A stretch of 64,000 bases of DNA. Source: an uncultured Planctomycetota bacterium. Lineage in GTDB: Bacteria > Planctomycetota > Planctomycetia > Gemmatales > Gemmataceae. The notes beneath the pieces are model-generated. The model did no database searches, was not told where the DNA came from, and worked only from the letters and a program-made list of their open reading frames with translations. Location of the stretch: contig CAWKHF010000005.1 of assembly GCA_963849325.1 (NCBI GenBank), positions 992,001 through 1,056,000 on the forward strand, written 5' to 3'. The translations under genes were made by a program, and so were the position numbers. Every line of letters starts with the position of its first letter. Position 1 is the stretch's first letter. Below are positions 43,144-53,865 of the stretch, piece after piece.

Positions 43144-44021
43144 GCGGCTCCGTGGAGGTTAGAGCTGGGGATCAGCCGGTGAATGATGTCCTCGGTGCGC
43201 ACCGAGGGTTGATAGCCGAGCACGCTCTGCGCTCGGTCGATGCGCGTGTACAGACTGAAGGATTGCTCCGAGGCCGGGCCGTGGACGCGCCGGCCGCGGC
43301 CGGTGACGCGCATCACCAGGTCGGCCAGATCGACCATGCGGAACGACTCGCCGGAGCTGACGTTGAAGACCTCGTGCGTGCCGGCCGAGGCGCGGCCGAG
43401 ACGATCGACGGCCAGTCGCACGGCGCGGGCCACGTCGAGCGGATGCACGAAATCGCGGCGATGATGGCCGTCGCCGAACAGGACGATGTTGTCGCCGCGC
43501 AGCACCGTGGCGACGAAATCGCCGACGGCGTGCGGCTCCTTGTAGTTCTCGCCGACCACGAGCGTTGGCCGCACGACGGTGACGCTCAGGCCGAAGTTTT
43601 CGGCAGTAATTGCGGGCGGCGAACTCGGCGGCGACCTTGCTGACCGCGTAGGGATGCCGCGGAGCGAAGGGCGAATCCTCATCGCGGGCCTCGTCGCCGG
43701 AGCCGTGGACGGTCAGGCTGGAGGCGAGCAGGAAGCGCGGCACGCCGGCGCGACGGCAGGCTTCCAGGACGTTGACGGCCCCCTGAGCGTTGACGGCGAA
43801 AAACTCGGGCGGTCGTTCGCGGCTCGGTTCGGCGCCGCACAGGGCGGCCAGATGAATGACGACGTCGGGCCGCGAGGCGGCCAGCGCGGCGCAGACACGC
43901 GTCGAAGTCCGTCACGTCCATGCTGTCGCGGTCGGAGACTTCGACCTCGTGTGCCTCCCGCAACAGCGGCACGATCCAGCGAGCCGAGGAAACCGTGGCC
44001 GCCGGTGATGTGGATTTTCAT
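43140..44021 (-). CDS. NAD-dependent epimerase/dehydratase (frameshifted)
   Basis: ITGGHGFLGS, YAVSK, RRDFVH. Confidence 0.85.
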
Positions 44022-44043
44022 GTGTTGGTTCCAGGAACACCTT

Positions 44044-44099
44044 TCGTTTCGCCGCGACGCGCAGCGAGCGCGCGTCCGCTGCGCGTCGCGGCGAAACGA
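44044..44099. repeat. REP-like palindrome family A (compensatory variant)
   Basis: GTTTCGCCG...CGGCGAAAC. Confidence 0.9.
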
Positions 44100-44120
44100 G
44101 GAACTTGTTGTTGGGCAGAA

Positions 44121-45080
44121 TCAGCCGACGTTCCGCGCCGTCTTGCGGTTGGCGCGATACCAGGCGACCGTCTGCGCCAGTCCGTCGCGCAGCGACGTGC
44201 GGGCGTGCCAGTCCAGTTCGCGGCGGGCCTTGCTCACGTCGAACAGACGGCGCGATTGGCCGTCGGGCCGGCTCGAATCCCAGACGAGCTGCCCCGCGAA
44301 CCCGCGTGAGGTCCGCCAAGGCGTGCGACCACGTCGGCGATGCTCGTCTCCCGACCGGCCGACAGGTTGACGATGGCCGGCCGATCGTAGACCTCGGCGG
44401 CGCGGAGGATGCCCTCGGCCACATCGCCGGCATAAACGAAATCGCGCGTCGGCGTGCCGCTGCCCCACACGATCAGGCGTTCGTGCTTCTCCTCGGTCGC
44501 CTCGACGAACTTGCGAACCAGCGCCGGCACGACGTGGGCGTTCTCCAGGTCGAAGTTGTCGTAAGGGCCGTAGATGTTGCCGGGGATGGTGGAGACGGCG
44601 AGGAAGCCGTGCTGTTTCCAGTAGGCGAGCGACTGGACGTGCAACATGCGCTTGGCCAGCGAATAGGGAGCGCTCTTCTTCCTGCGGGAAGCCGTCCCAG
44701 AAGTTGTCTTCCTTCAGCGGCATCGGGGCGTGTTCGGGATAGCCGCAGCCGGCGGCGGCGGCGACGACCTTCCGCACGCCGCTCTTCCACGCATGATGAA
44801 GCGTGAACGTGTTCATCATGAGATTGCGATAGAAGAAGTCGGCCGGCCGCGCCTTGTTGGCGCCGATGCCGCCGACGTGGCCGGCCAGGTGCAGCACCAC
44901 ATCCGCCGGATGCTCGGCGAACAGGCGCACGACCTGCTCCTCGCGGGTCAGGTCGTACTCGCGCTGCCGCACGACGAAGATGTTCGCGCAGTCGGTTTCG
45001 TTCAGTTGATCCACGACATGGCTGCCCAGGAAGCCGCCGCCGCCCGTGACCAACACCCGTTTGCCCGTCCAGAAACTCAT
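44121..45080 (-). CDS. GDP-L-fucose synthase-like epimerase/reductase (frameshifted)
   Basis: VTGGGGFLG, HLAGHVGGIGAN, NIYGPYDNF, WGSGTPTRDF, PDGQSRR. Confidence 0.88.
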   Translation of the reverse strand: MSFWTGKRVLVTGGGGFLGSHVVDQLNETDCANIFVVRQREYDLTREEQVVRLFAEHPADVVLHLAGHVGGIGANKARPADFFYRNLMMNTFTLHHAWKSGVRKVVAAAAGCGYPEHAPMPLKEDNFWDGFPQEEERSLFAGQAHVARPVARLLETARLPRRLHHPRQHLRPLRQLRPGERPRRAGAGSQVRRGDRGEARTPDRVGQRHADARFRLCRRCGRGHPPRRRGLRSAGHRQPVGRSGDEHRRRGRTPWRTSRGFAGQLVWDSSRPDGQSRRLFDVSKARRELDWHARTSLRDGLAQTVAWYRANRKTARNVG

Positions 45081-45108
45081 CGTTGCATACTCCCCGAATG
45101 GTTGACGA

Positions 45109-45679
45109 TTACAGCGCGCAATCCGCTTCGGTTGCCTACACAGGTACACCGATGACGCTGCGCCGCCGCCCAGACGTCCTCGACGACGTAATCCGCCCGC
45201 ACCCCTTGCTGCTCGATAATGCGCGCCGTGGCCGGTGCGGACCAGGAACGTGACGGCGCCGAGGCGCCGGCCCAGCTCGATGTCGCACGGCTTGTCGCCG
45301 ATGACGAACGACGACGCCGGATCGAAGTTCAGCTCCGCCGCGGCGCGGAGGGCCAGACCCGGCTCCGGCTTGCGGCAGTCGCAGCCATCCTCCGGCCCGT
45401 GCGGACAGACGTAGATCCCCGCCAGCGATCACGCCATCGTCCGCCAGCAAGTGCGTCAGACAGGCGTGAATGCCGTCCAGCGCGGCCGGATCGAAATAAC
45501 CGCGTTTGAGGCCGGACTGGTTGGTCAGGACGGCCAACCCCAGGCCCAAGCTGTTCAGCAGTTGCAGACCCGGCACCGTGCCGGGCAGCATCTCCAGGTC
45601 CTCGGCGCGAGCCAGGTAATGGCGCTCGGCGATGAGGGTGCCATCGCGATCCAGGAGTACGAAGCGGCGTCGTGCTCAT
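45109..45679 (-). CDS. gmhB: D-glycero-D-manno-heptose 1,7-bisphosphate phosphatase (frameshifted; 3' end approximate)
   Basis: LDRDGTLI, TNQSG, CPH...CDCRKP, VIGDKPCD. Confidence 0.85.
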
Positions 45680-46390
45680 GACACCGCCCCCACGCCGGCC
45701 AGGAATGCCTCGGCGCTGGACAGAGATTCCGGAGTTCCAATATCCAGAAAGGCGCCGGAACTGCGATAGCCGCCGAGTCCGTGCGGCAGCCACGCGGGGA
45801 AGGCGTCGCGCTCAAGCGACAGCGGCTGCCCTTCGGGCAACAACTCCAGCAGCCAGCGTGACAGCAGGTAGACGCCGGCGTTGATCCAGCCCGGCGCCGG
45901 CCGGCCCTGTTTCTCCTCGAAGGATGCGAATGAATCCCTGGTCGTCGGCGCCGACCGTGCCGAAGCGCGAGCGTCCTCGACCTGCGCCAGCACCAGCGAG
46001 CCGGCGAAGCCGTGGGCCTGGTGCCAGGACTGGAACGCCGGCAGATCGCAGGCGACGAAGGAATCGCCGTTGAGGGCGAGCAGCGATTCGGCGTGCGTCA
46101 GGGCCAGCGCCTGCCGCAGCGCGCCGCCGGTGCCCAGCGGCTGCGACTCCCAGGAGTAATACAGGTACATCTCCCGGTAGCGAGCGCCGAAGGCCCGCGC
46201 CGACCTGCTCGGCCCGGTAGCCGGTACACAGGATCACGTCGCGGACGCCGCCGTCGGCCAGCGAGTCCAGCAGGTAAGCGAGGAACGGACGCCCCGCGAC
46301 CGGGGCCAGCACCTTGGGCGTCTCCGGCAGAACGCCGCGCAGGCGCGTGCCGAGTCCGCCTGCCAGGATCAACGCTGGAATGTCTTGCAT
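45676..46390 (-). CDS. Sugar-phosphate nucleotidyltransferase (HddC-like, frameshifted)
   Basis: ILAGGLGTRL...PK, PLGTGGAL, NGDS, INAGVY, FLDIGTPE. Confidence 0.88.
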
Positions 46391-46405
46391 GGCTAACTCG
46401 CCCTG

Positions 46406-47485
46406 TTATCGATTGTTGCTGCGCCACGATTGCAAACCGAGATTGTCGAAGGCGAAGTCGGTGAACTGGCCGCCCATCGCCTCCAGGGCCAGGCGGATCT
46501 CGTGCTGTCGATCCGTCTCGCAGTACAGCAGCAGGTAGCCGCCGCCGCCGGCGCCGAGCAGCTTGCCGCCGCACGCGCCGCACGACCGCGCCTCCTCGTA
46601 GAGCTTGTCGGCGATCGTGCCCACGGCCACGTCCGGGTTCATGCGTTTCTTGGCGAGGTACGCCTCGTGCAGCAGCTCGCCGAACTCCGTCAGCCGGCCC
46701 TTGAGCAGCGACTCCTTCATCTCGAAAACCAGCTCGTACAGCCGCCGCAAGCCCTGGTGCGTCGCCGTCCGCCCCTCGCGGTACATCTTCACCTGCTTGG
46801 ACACCAGGCCGAGGTCGGCGCGGACGCGGCCGGTGTAGCACAAGAGCAGATGGCTCTCCAGATCGTTGAGGATGTCGCGGTCGATGGACAGCGGATTGAC
46901 CAGCACGCGGTCGGCGTAGAACTCGATGAGGTTGAAACCGCCGAACGTGGTGGCGTACTGGTCCTGCTTGCCGCCGGCGATGCGCAGGTCGTGCCGCTCG
47001 ATCTCGTAATTCAGCTCGGCCAGCTCGTAGGCGTCCAGGTCTTGCCCGGTGTAGCGCGCCAGCGCGGCGATGACGGCGGCGGTCAGCGCCGACGAGCCGC
47101 CCAGGCCGCTGCCGGCCGGGGCGTCCGAGCGCACGTCCAGTTCCAGGCCGCGACCGGCCGCCAGCCGATGAATGGCCGCCTTGGCCAGGTCGAGGACGCC
47201 ATCGTAGATCGGCTTTTGCTGGATGTCGTACTGGACCATGTAGCCCAGGTCGAGCGAACGGATGCGCACCTCGCGGTCGTCGCGCGGGTACAGCGTGACG
47301 TAGGCGAAGCGGTTGATGGTGCTGGAGAAGACGGCGCCGCCGTGCTCCTCGTACCAGTGCGGCAGGTCGGTGCCGCCGCCGGTGAAGCTGATGCGCAGCG
47401 GCGCCTTGGCGCGGATGAGGATGCCGTCGCCGGCCGGCCGTTCGCGCCGCTTCGCCATCCGCGTCGGGGCCAGGATTCTCGTCAT
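46406..47485 (-). CDS. GHMP kinase, D-glycero-D-manno-heptose 7-phosphate kinase-like (HddA)
   Basis: APLRISFTGGGTD, PAGSGLGGSS, GGKQDQY, GGKLLGAGGGG. Confidence 0.9.
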   Translation of the reverse strand: MTRILAPTRMAKRRERPAGDGILIRAKAPLRISFTGGGTDLPHWYEEHGGAVFSSTINRFAYVTLYPRDDREVRIRSLDLGYMVQYDIQQKPIYDGVLDLAKAAIHRLAAGRGLELDVRSDAPAGSGLGGSSALTAAVIAALARYTGQDLDAYELAELNYEIERHDLRIAGGKQDQYATTFGGFNLIEFYADRVLVNPLSIDRDILNDLESHLLLCYTGRVRADLGLVSKQVKMYREGRTATHQGLRRLYELVFEMKESLLKGRLTEFGELLHEAYLAKKRMNPDVAVGTIADKLYEEARSCGACGGKLLGAGGGGYLLLYCETDRQHEIRLALEAMGGQFTDFAFDNLGLQSWRSNNR

Positions 47486-47509
47486 GACAGAGGGTCCGCA
47501 AAAATCACT

Positions 47510-47561
47510 TCGTTTAGCCGCGACGCGAGCGAGCGCACTCGCTCGCGTCGCGGCTAAACGA
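47510..47561. repeat. REP-like palindrome family A (mirrored deletion variant)
   Basis: CGTTTAGCCGCGACGCGAGCGAG...CTCGCTCGCGTCGCGGCTAAACG. Confidence 0.9.
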
Positions 47562-47578
47562 GGAACTTGTTGGGGGCG

Positions 47579-48517
47579 TCACACGTTCGTGAACTTTCCG
47601 CGACCCAGAAGGCGATAGCCTTTGATCAGTTCGCGGACGCCGTCTTCCAGCGAACGGCGGGCCTCGAAGCCGGCCTCGCGCAGGCGCTGGTTGGAGACGA
47701 CATAATTGCGCTTGTCCGGGTCGCTGCCGACCGCCGCGTAATGCACGTAGAAGCGCGGCACGTGCTTCTGAATGAGACGAGCAAGGTCTTCCTTGGAGCA
47801 ATTGGCCGCGTCCAGGCCGACGTTGTACGGCCGGCCGGCCATGCGCTCGCCGTTCTCGATGCAGTGGATGAAACAGTCGGCCACGTCGCGGATGTGGACG
47901 AAGTTGCGCTTGAAGTCCTTCTCGAAGATGACCAGGTAGCCGCGCGTCACCGCCTCGTAAACGAAGTGGTTGACGAGCAGGTCGAGCCGCATGCGCGGCG
48001 ACAGGCCGAACACGGTGGCCAGCCGCAGCGTGAGCGCGTGCGGGCTGTCGAGCACGGCGGCCTCGGCCTGCACCTTCGTCTGTCCGTAAAGCGAGATCGG
48101 CTCCAGCGAACTGTCTTCGGTGCAAAACACGTCGCCGGACTTGGTGCCGTAGCCGCTGTTGGTCGTCGGATAGACGAGCAGCTGGTGCGGGCTGCGGACG
48201 CGGTTGAGCAGGCGGATGGCATCGACGTTGACGCTGCGCGTCAGCAGCGGATCGCGGTCGCAGGCCGGGGCGCCGACGATGGCCGCCAGCGGGATAATCG
48301 CATCCGCTCCGCGCACCAGTCGCCGAAGCTGCTCCTCGTCGCGGGCGTCGCCGTGGACGAAATCGAAGTGCGGATGGCCGGCCAGGTGGAACAGACTCTG
48401 TTCGCCGTACAGCAGGCTATCCAGGACCGTCACCTGGTAGCCCTTGTGCAGCAGATGCTCGCACAGGATCGAGCCGAGGTAGCCGGCGCCGCCGGTGACA
48501 AGGACTCGGTCGGCCAT
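47579..48517 (-). CDS. NAD-dependent epimerase/dehydratase
   Basis: VTGGAGYLGS, LAAIVGAPAC, YGQTK, RLATVFG, RMRLDL. Confidence 0.9.
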   Translation of the reverse strand: MADRVLVTGGAGYLGSILCEHLLHKGYQVTVLDSLLYGEQSLFHLAGHPHFDFVHGDARDEEQLRRLVRGADAIIPLAAIVGAPACDRDPLLTRSVNVDAIRLLNRVRSPHQLLVYPTTNSGYGTKSGDVFCTEDSSLEPISLYGQTKVQAEAAVLDSPHALTLRLATVFGLSPRMRLDLLVNHFVYEAVTRGYLVIFEKDFKRNFVHIRDVADCFIHCIENGERMAGRPYNVGLDAANCSKEDLARLIQKHVPRFYVHYAAVGSDPDKRNYVVSNQRLREAGFEARRSLEDGVRELIKGYRLLGRGKFTNV

Positions 48518-48673
48518 GAGAGAAGGCACTCCATGAGGGGTCCAGGGGCGAACGCCGATGCGCGGCACCCTCTTCGAGGGCGCGAGAGGGACGAATCGAC
48601 CGCCAAAAATATCTAGCTTATTTTTCCGGCCGGCGCGAGTGGAAATGGTGTTGAACCCGGTTCGGACACGCCC

Positions 48674-49715
48674 GTGATTTTTTCGATCCGGCACCCGCGC
48701 AGCATGCTCACGCCGCCGGCATCGACGCTGGCAACGTTAGCCACTGGGCCTGCGTCGAATCCACCCCCGACGACAGCGACGCCGTCGCGCGTTCCCCGCT
48801 CATACCGCCGGGCTGCGGCAATTGGTCGCCTGGCTACGCCAATGCGGCGTCACCACCGTGGCCGTGGAGGCCACCGGCGTCTACGCCCACGTCCTGTTTT
48901 TGACTCTGCTGGAAGCCGGCTTCGTGGTGGTGATGACCGCACCGCAGTTTGCCCGCCAGATCAAGGGCCGGCCCAAGACCGACAAGCGTGACTGCCAGTG
49001 GATTCAACGCCTGCACAAGCACGGCCTGTTGCCGGCCATCTTCCAGCCCGACGAGGCCACCCAGACCCTGCGTGACTACGTCCGCCAACGCGCCAACCTG
49101 GTCCGCCTGTCCGGCCAGCACATCCAGAGGATGCAGAAGGCGCTGCAACTGATGAACCTCAAGCTGACCGGCGTGCTGGGCGACGTCACCGGCGTAACGG
49201 GGCTAAAGATCATCCGGGCCATCCTCGCCGGCCAACGCGACCCGCAGCAACTGGCCAGGCTGCGCAACCGCCGCTGCCGGCACAGCGTTGCGGACATCGC
49301 CCAGGCGTTGGATGGCCGCTATCGCCCCGAGCATATAACCGAGCTGCGCTGTTGCCTGACCTTGTGGGAGAAGTATCAGGAGGTGATCGGTGAGCTGGAC
49401 GAAGCCATCGACGCCCACCTGCGGAGCATGCGTCGGCAGACCGCGTTGCCCCCACTGCCGCCCAAGCCCCGCATGCGTGGCCGCAAGCCGCACGACCCAC
49501 GCTTTGACGTGCGCCAGGCGTTGTACTTGGCCACGGGCGTAGACCTGACGGCGATCGAAGGCATTGACGAGGTGCATGCGTTGACGTTGGTCAGTGAGCT
49601 GGGTTGGGACTTCACGAAATGGCCGACGGTCAAGCAGTTCACCTGCTGGCTGGGGCTGTGCCCCAACTGGCACAAGACCGGGGGTAAGGTCAAGTCCAGC
49701 GCGACGCGGAAGTGA
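48674..49715 (+). mobile_element. IS110-family transposase/recombinase remnant, 3'-truncated
   Basis: HAAGID (about 48709, shifted frame), EATGVY, KTDKRD, WLGLCP...TGGK, then an abrupt end lacking the C-terminal part. Confidence 0.88.
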
Positions 49716-49996
49716 AGTCGGACAGAGATTACAAAAAACCCATTTTCTTCTTGCGTTCCGCAAGTCCGGTCGTGTAGGGTAAATGCCATATCGCTCGTGA
49801 AACTATTCATTTGCCCACCACTGCGGTTGAGGACTCGCTATCCGTGGAGCAGTGATGCGTTGACGTTCAAACCCGCATGGATGATGCGCTTCTTCTGTGT
49901 GTCAATCCAGCCAACGACTCGTTGGCGCCGAGAAACCGTGCCCCCCGAGGGCACGAATGAGGCCAGCTTCAACCCGAGGTGTAAGGGACACCAAGG

Positions 49997-50045
49997 TAGT
50001 ATTTCTGTCTCTTTTTGTTTCTTTTCCAAGGGAGGTGGATCGTGC
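49997..50045 (+). promoter_or_regulatory. Conserved pyrimidine-rich leader plus SD, copy 1
   Basis: TAGTATTTCTGTCTCTTTTTGTTTCTTTTCCAAGGGAGGTGGATCGTGC; repeated at 51534 with one mismatch. Confidence 0.8.
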
Positions 50046-50984
50046 AACGAAATCTGTTCTTGCGTACAGGTGGGAAGCGGAGCGGCTTCACGCTGATTGA
50101 GCTGTTGGTGGTCATTGCCATTATCGCCATCCTGATTGGCCTGTTGCTGCCGGCCGTGCAAAAAGTCCGCGAGGCGGCCGCACGCATGAGTTGCCAGAAC
50201 AACCTCAAGCAGCTGGCCGTCGCCGTCCATTCCTACCACGACACCTATCAACGGTTCCCGTGCAACGGCCCGCAGGCCACCTACAGCATGGGCGGCCAGA
50301 ATTGGAGCTGGCTGGCTCGCATCTTGCCCTACCTCGAGCAGAGTAACCTGTACGTGCAGATGGGTATCCCGAATACGACCCTGGCAACCGAGAATGCGAA
50401 CGGATTACTGGCGACGGGGATCAAGACGCTCCAGTGCCCCAGTGACGGCACGACGAACATGCCCCAAGACGAACACCTCCGACATCGGCGGGAAGGTGGG
50501 GCAAACTAACTACAAGGGCGTCTGCGGCGATAACTGGAGCTGGGGCAAATACGCCAACGGCAACCAACCGACCGGCGGCAGCAGCGGTCTGGATAACGGC
50601 AACGGTATCTTCTACCGCACGGACGGGATTCCCACCACCGGCGGGCATGGCCCCCTGCCGATGGTCGCCATCGTCGATGGCACGAGCAACACCTTCATGA
50701 TCGGGGAAGACGTACCTCTGTACAACAACTGGTGTGCCTGGCCGTACAGCAACGCCGCCACCGGCACCTGCGCCATCCCGCTCAACTACGGCATCCCACC
50801 CGATACCAACCCCGGTGGGGCCGGCGACTGGAACAATGTCTACTCGTTCCGCAGCCGCCACACCAACGGCGCCAACTTCGCCTTCGCCGATGGCAGCGTC
50901 CAGTTCATCAATACCAGCATCACCGCGGCCGTCTATCAGGCCCTCTCCACCTACCAGGGCAGCGAGGTGGTGTCGCGTCCCTGA
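50042..50984 (+). CDS. DUF1559 prepilin-type protein (frameshift near 50465)
   Basis: [42 protein letters not shown]9-DG ([13 protein letters not shown]). Confidence 0.93.
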
Positions 50985-50999
50985 GAGTCTGTTCCCCAC

Positions 51000-51033
51000 G
51001 CCGCTTGCGGCTTCGCGCGAAGCCGCAAGCGGC
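51000..51033. repeat. Perfect 34-nt palindrome (REP-like; degenerate copy near 61477-61510)
   Basis: GCCGCTTGCGGCTTCGCGCGAAGCCGCAAGCGGC. Confidence 0.85.
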
Positions 51034-51056
51034 TCCTCCACGGAGATTGCGACGAC

Positions 51057-51503
51057 ATGAGACGAGTTCTTCGTTTCCATCCATTCGTTTTCCTACTGGT
51101 TTGCGCCGCCCCCTTCGTCCCGGGCTGTGGCGGTGACAAGGGCGTTAAGGTCGAGGGCCAGATCGTCCGCGACGGCAACCCTTACGCGGCGGCCGAGGGC
51201 GAGACCGTGAACCTCTCCTTCGCCGGCAAGAACGCCAAGGGCGAGGACGCGATCTACCCTGCGACCGTCAACGCCGGCGCCGGCTCCTTCGTCGTCAATG
51301 GGCCGGAAGGCAAAGGCATTCCGCCGGGCAAGTACAAGATCACCATCAACCTATCCTCCGGGGGTTCTGATCCCGCCAGCCTGGCCAAGCTCGAAAAAGT
51401 CAACGCGCAGTTCGCCCGCATCAACGGCAAGGAATGCGACATCACCAGCGAGCCGGTCCAGAAGATCACCATCGACATCGGCAAAGGGACGGTCGGCAAA
51501 TAA
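51057..51503 (+). CDS. DUF1559-associated lipoprotein (carboxypeptidase-regulatory-like fold)
   Basis: Lipobox VPGC; VEGQI; GIPPGKYKITI. Confidence 0.85.
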   Translation: MRRVLRFHPFVFLLVCAAPFVPGCGGDKGVKVEGQIVRDGNPYAAAEGETVNLSFAGKNAKGEDAIYPATVNAGAGSFVVNGPEGKGIPPGKYKITINLSSGGSDPASLAKLEKVNAQFARINGKECDITSEPVQKITIDIGKGTVGK

Positions 51504-51533
51504 GAAGCGTCTTCGCGCGAAGGAATCTCCAGA

Positions 51534-51582
51534 TAGTATTTCTGTCTCTTTTTGTTCCTTTTCCAAGGGAGGTGGATCGTGC
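51534..51582 (+). promoter_or_regulatory. Conserved pyrimidine-rich leader plus SD, copy 2
   Basis: Near-identical to 49997-50045. Confidence 0.8.
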
Positions 51583-52487
51583 GGCGACAACGGTTCGCAC
51601 GTGTCGTGACGGAGAGACGGAATGGCTTCACGCTGATCGAGTTGTTGGTGGTGATCGCCATTATCGCCATCCTGATCGGCCTGTTGCTGCCGGCCGTGCA
51701 GAAAGTCCGCGAGGCCGCCGCGCGCATGGCGTGCGGCAACAACATGAAACAGCTTGGCGTGGCCGTGCACAATTGCAACGACACCAACAGCGTCCTGCCG
51801 CCGTTGTGCGCCGCCAGTTCCGCCGCCGGCGTGGTCATCCCGGCGGGATATCCGCCGTACAGCGGTTATGGGTTTACGATCTTCGGCTTCCTGCTGCCTT
51901 TCCTCGAACAGGGCAACCTGTACACGAAGATGACGACCTCGGGTCCGCAGTACACCACGGTCGTCAAGGCGTTCCTGTGCCCGTCGGACCCCAGCTCGAA
52001 CAACGGCAAATGTACCTCCGGATATACCAGCGATGCCGTCAGCAATTACCAGGCGAACGCCTACGTCTTCGCCAACTGCGCGGCGGGCAACACCTTCGGC
52101 ACCGCCCGCATCCCCGCCACCTTCCAGGACGGCACCTCCAACGTTATCATGTTCACCGAGGCGTACGGTACGTGCGGCAAGGCCGGCATCGCTACCGCCG
52201 AGGGCAGTCTTTGGAACGACTCCAATAGCAGCTGGCGTCCCGCTTTCGACCTGACTAATTCCAAGGGGACCGTTCCCACCACGTACCCGCTCGCTCCCAT
52301 GTTCCAGGTGCAGCCCAACTACACCAGCAACTGCATCTTCACCCAGCCCAGCTCGCCGCACACCGGCGGCATCATGGCGGGCATCGGCGACGGCAGTGTG
52401 CGCTTCATCAGCCAGGGCATTAACCCGACGACCTGGTCCTACGCCTGCGACCCGCGCGATGGCAATCCCCTGACCAGCGGCTGGTGA
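51579..52487 (+). CDS. DUF1559 prepilin-type protein
   Basis: [10 protein letters not shown]..., [26 protein letters not shown]. Confidence 0.95.
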   Translation: MRRQRFARVVTERRNGFTLIELLVVIAIIAILIGLLLPAVQKVREAAARMACGNNMKQLGVAVHNCNDTNSVLPPLCAASSAAGVVIPAGYPPYSGYGFTIFGFLLPFLEQGNLYTKMTTSGPQYTTVVKAFLCPSDPSSNNGKCTSGYTSDAVSNYQANAYVFANCAAGNTFGTARIPATFQDGTSNVIMFTEAYGTCGKAGIATAEGSLWNDSNSSWRPAFDLTNSKGTVPTTYPLAPMFQVQPNYTSNCIFTQPSSPHTGGIMAGIGDGSVRFISQGINPTTWSYACDPRDGNPLTSGW

Positions 52488-52670
52488 GGGATTGCCGGCA
52501 AATAAGGAGCGCCTTCGCGGACACTTCCTCGTTTAGCGACGGGTTCGGCCCCGCCGCTAAACGATTTCGTACACTTCCAGCTTGCGATTGGGGGAGGATT
52601 ACCCTTATACTCAAACTTATCTATTTTGCCCCTCTCGCGGGGGCTTCGCCAGCAATCCACGGAACCGGCG

Positions 52671-53699
52671 ATGACCATGCGGCTCGACAAGGGCATTCTT
52701 CCCATCTCCGTGACCGTGGTCGATGACGAACCGATGGCCCAGGACGTTCTCGTCCGCGCCGCCCATTCCTGGGATTATCACTGCCAGACGGCCCGAAGCG
52801 CCGAACAGGCCGTGGAGTTGCTCGAACAAAACCTGACGCCCATCGTCGTGACAGACCTGCTGATGCCCGGCCGCGGCGGTCTGTGGCTGGTGCGCGAGGT
52901 GCGCCGTCGTTGGCCCGACGTCGGCATCATCGTCCTGACGGCCGGCCACAATCCCGACGCCGCCGAGGAATGCCTTCGCGCCGGAGCGCATCACTACTTC
53001 TTCAAGCCCATCAAGCTCGACGAGTTTCGCCACGTCCTGGAGACGACCTGGCAAGACTATCATCGCCAGCAGGCGCACCAGCGCAGCGAGGCAGCCTTGC
53101 AGCGGGCCGTGCGGCGACAGACGCGGCGCGTGCGCCGCACCTTCCTGTCGGCCATCGCCAGCCTGGTGCGCACCGTCGAACAGCGCGATCCGTACACGGC
53201 CGGACACTCTCGCCGCGTGCGTGGCTACGCTCTGCGTCTGGCGGCGGAGCTGGGGCTGGATCGCCGTCAGAGCCGGCAGCTCGCCCTGGCCGCCATGCTG
53301 CACGACATCGGCAAGGTCGGCATTCCCGACGCCGTGCTGCACAAGCCGGGCCGGCTGTCGCCGGAGGAGGACCGCATCGTCCGCGGCCACTCCGAAATGG
53401 GCGAGCGCATCGTCGCCCCCATCGTCCGCAGCCGCGTCGTGTTGGCGGCCATCCGCGGCCATCACGAGCGCCTCGACGGCAGCGGCTATCCCGATGGCCT
53501 GGCCGGCGCTCAGGTCCCGCTTCTGGCCCGCCTCATCGCCATCCCCGATTGTTTTGACGCCCTCACCACGTCCCGTGCCTACCGGCCCGCCCTGCCGGTA
53601 CCCGAAGCGCTCGCCATCCTCGAAGCCGGTTCCGGCTCCCACCTCGATCCCGTATTCGTCCGCGCCTTCCTTCGCCTCGCGCCGAACTTGTCCCTGTAA
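52671..53699 (+). CDS. REC + HD-GYP cyclic-di-GMP phosphodiesterase
   Basis: VVDDE, TDLLMPG; GHSRRV, HDIGK, HHERLDGSGYPDGL. Confidence 0.95.
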   Translation: MTMRLDKGILPISVTVVDDEPMAQDVLVRAAHSWDYHCQTARSAEQAVELLEQNLTPIVVTDLLMPGRGGLWLVREVRRRWPDVGIIVLTAGHNPDAAEECLRAGAHHYFFKPIKLDEFRHVLETTWQDYHRQQAHQRSEAALQRAVRRQTRRVRRTFLSAIASLVRTVEQRDPYTAGHSRRVRGYALRLAAELGLDRRQSRQLALAAMLHDIGKVGIPDAVLHKPGRLSPEEDRIVRGHSEMGERIVAPIVRSRVVLAAIRGHHERLDGSGYPDGLAGAQVPLLARLIAIPDCFDALTTSRAYRPALPVPEALAILEAGSGSHLDPVFVRAFLRLAPNLSL

Positions 53700-53731
53700 T
53701 CGACGGACGCCGGTTGATTCAACCCATTTTC

Positions 53732-53786
53732 CGTTTAGCCGCGACGCGCAGCGAAGCGCGCACTCGCTGCGCGTCGCGGCTAAACG
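53732..53786. repeat. REP-like palindrome family A
   Basis: Same arms as 14197-14262. Confidence 0.9.
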
Positions 53787-53794
53787 AAGGACAA

Positions 53795-53835
53795 AAGCGT
53801 GCGAGGCGAGGTTGTGGACCTCGCCTCGCACGCTT
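53795..53835. terminator. 18-bp stem hairpin between convergent genes (terminator-like)
   Basis: AAGCGTGCGAGGCGAGGT-TGTGG-ACCTCGCCTCGCACGCTT. Confidence 0.55.
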
Positions 53836-53865
53836 GTCATGTCGGACGCGGATGAGGAGCTTCGA

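Noticed and set aside
50042-52487. DUF1559 pair as a diversity-generating retroelement target and template
   Set aside because: No reverse transcriptase gene and no adenine-specific TR/VR repeat pair; similarity is limited to the conserved pilin N-terminus.
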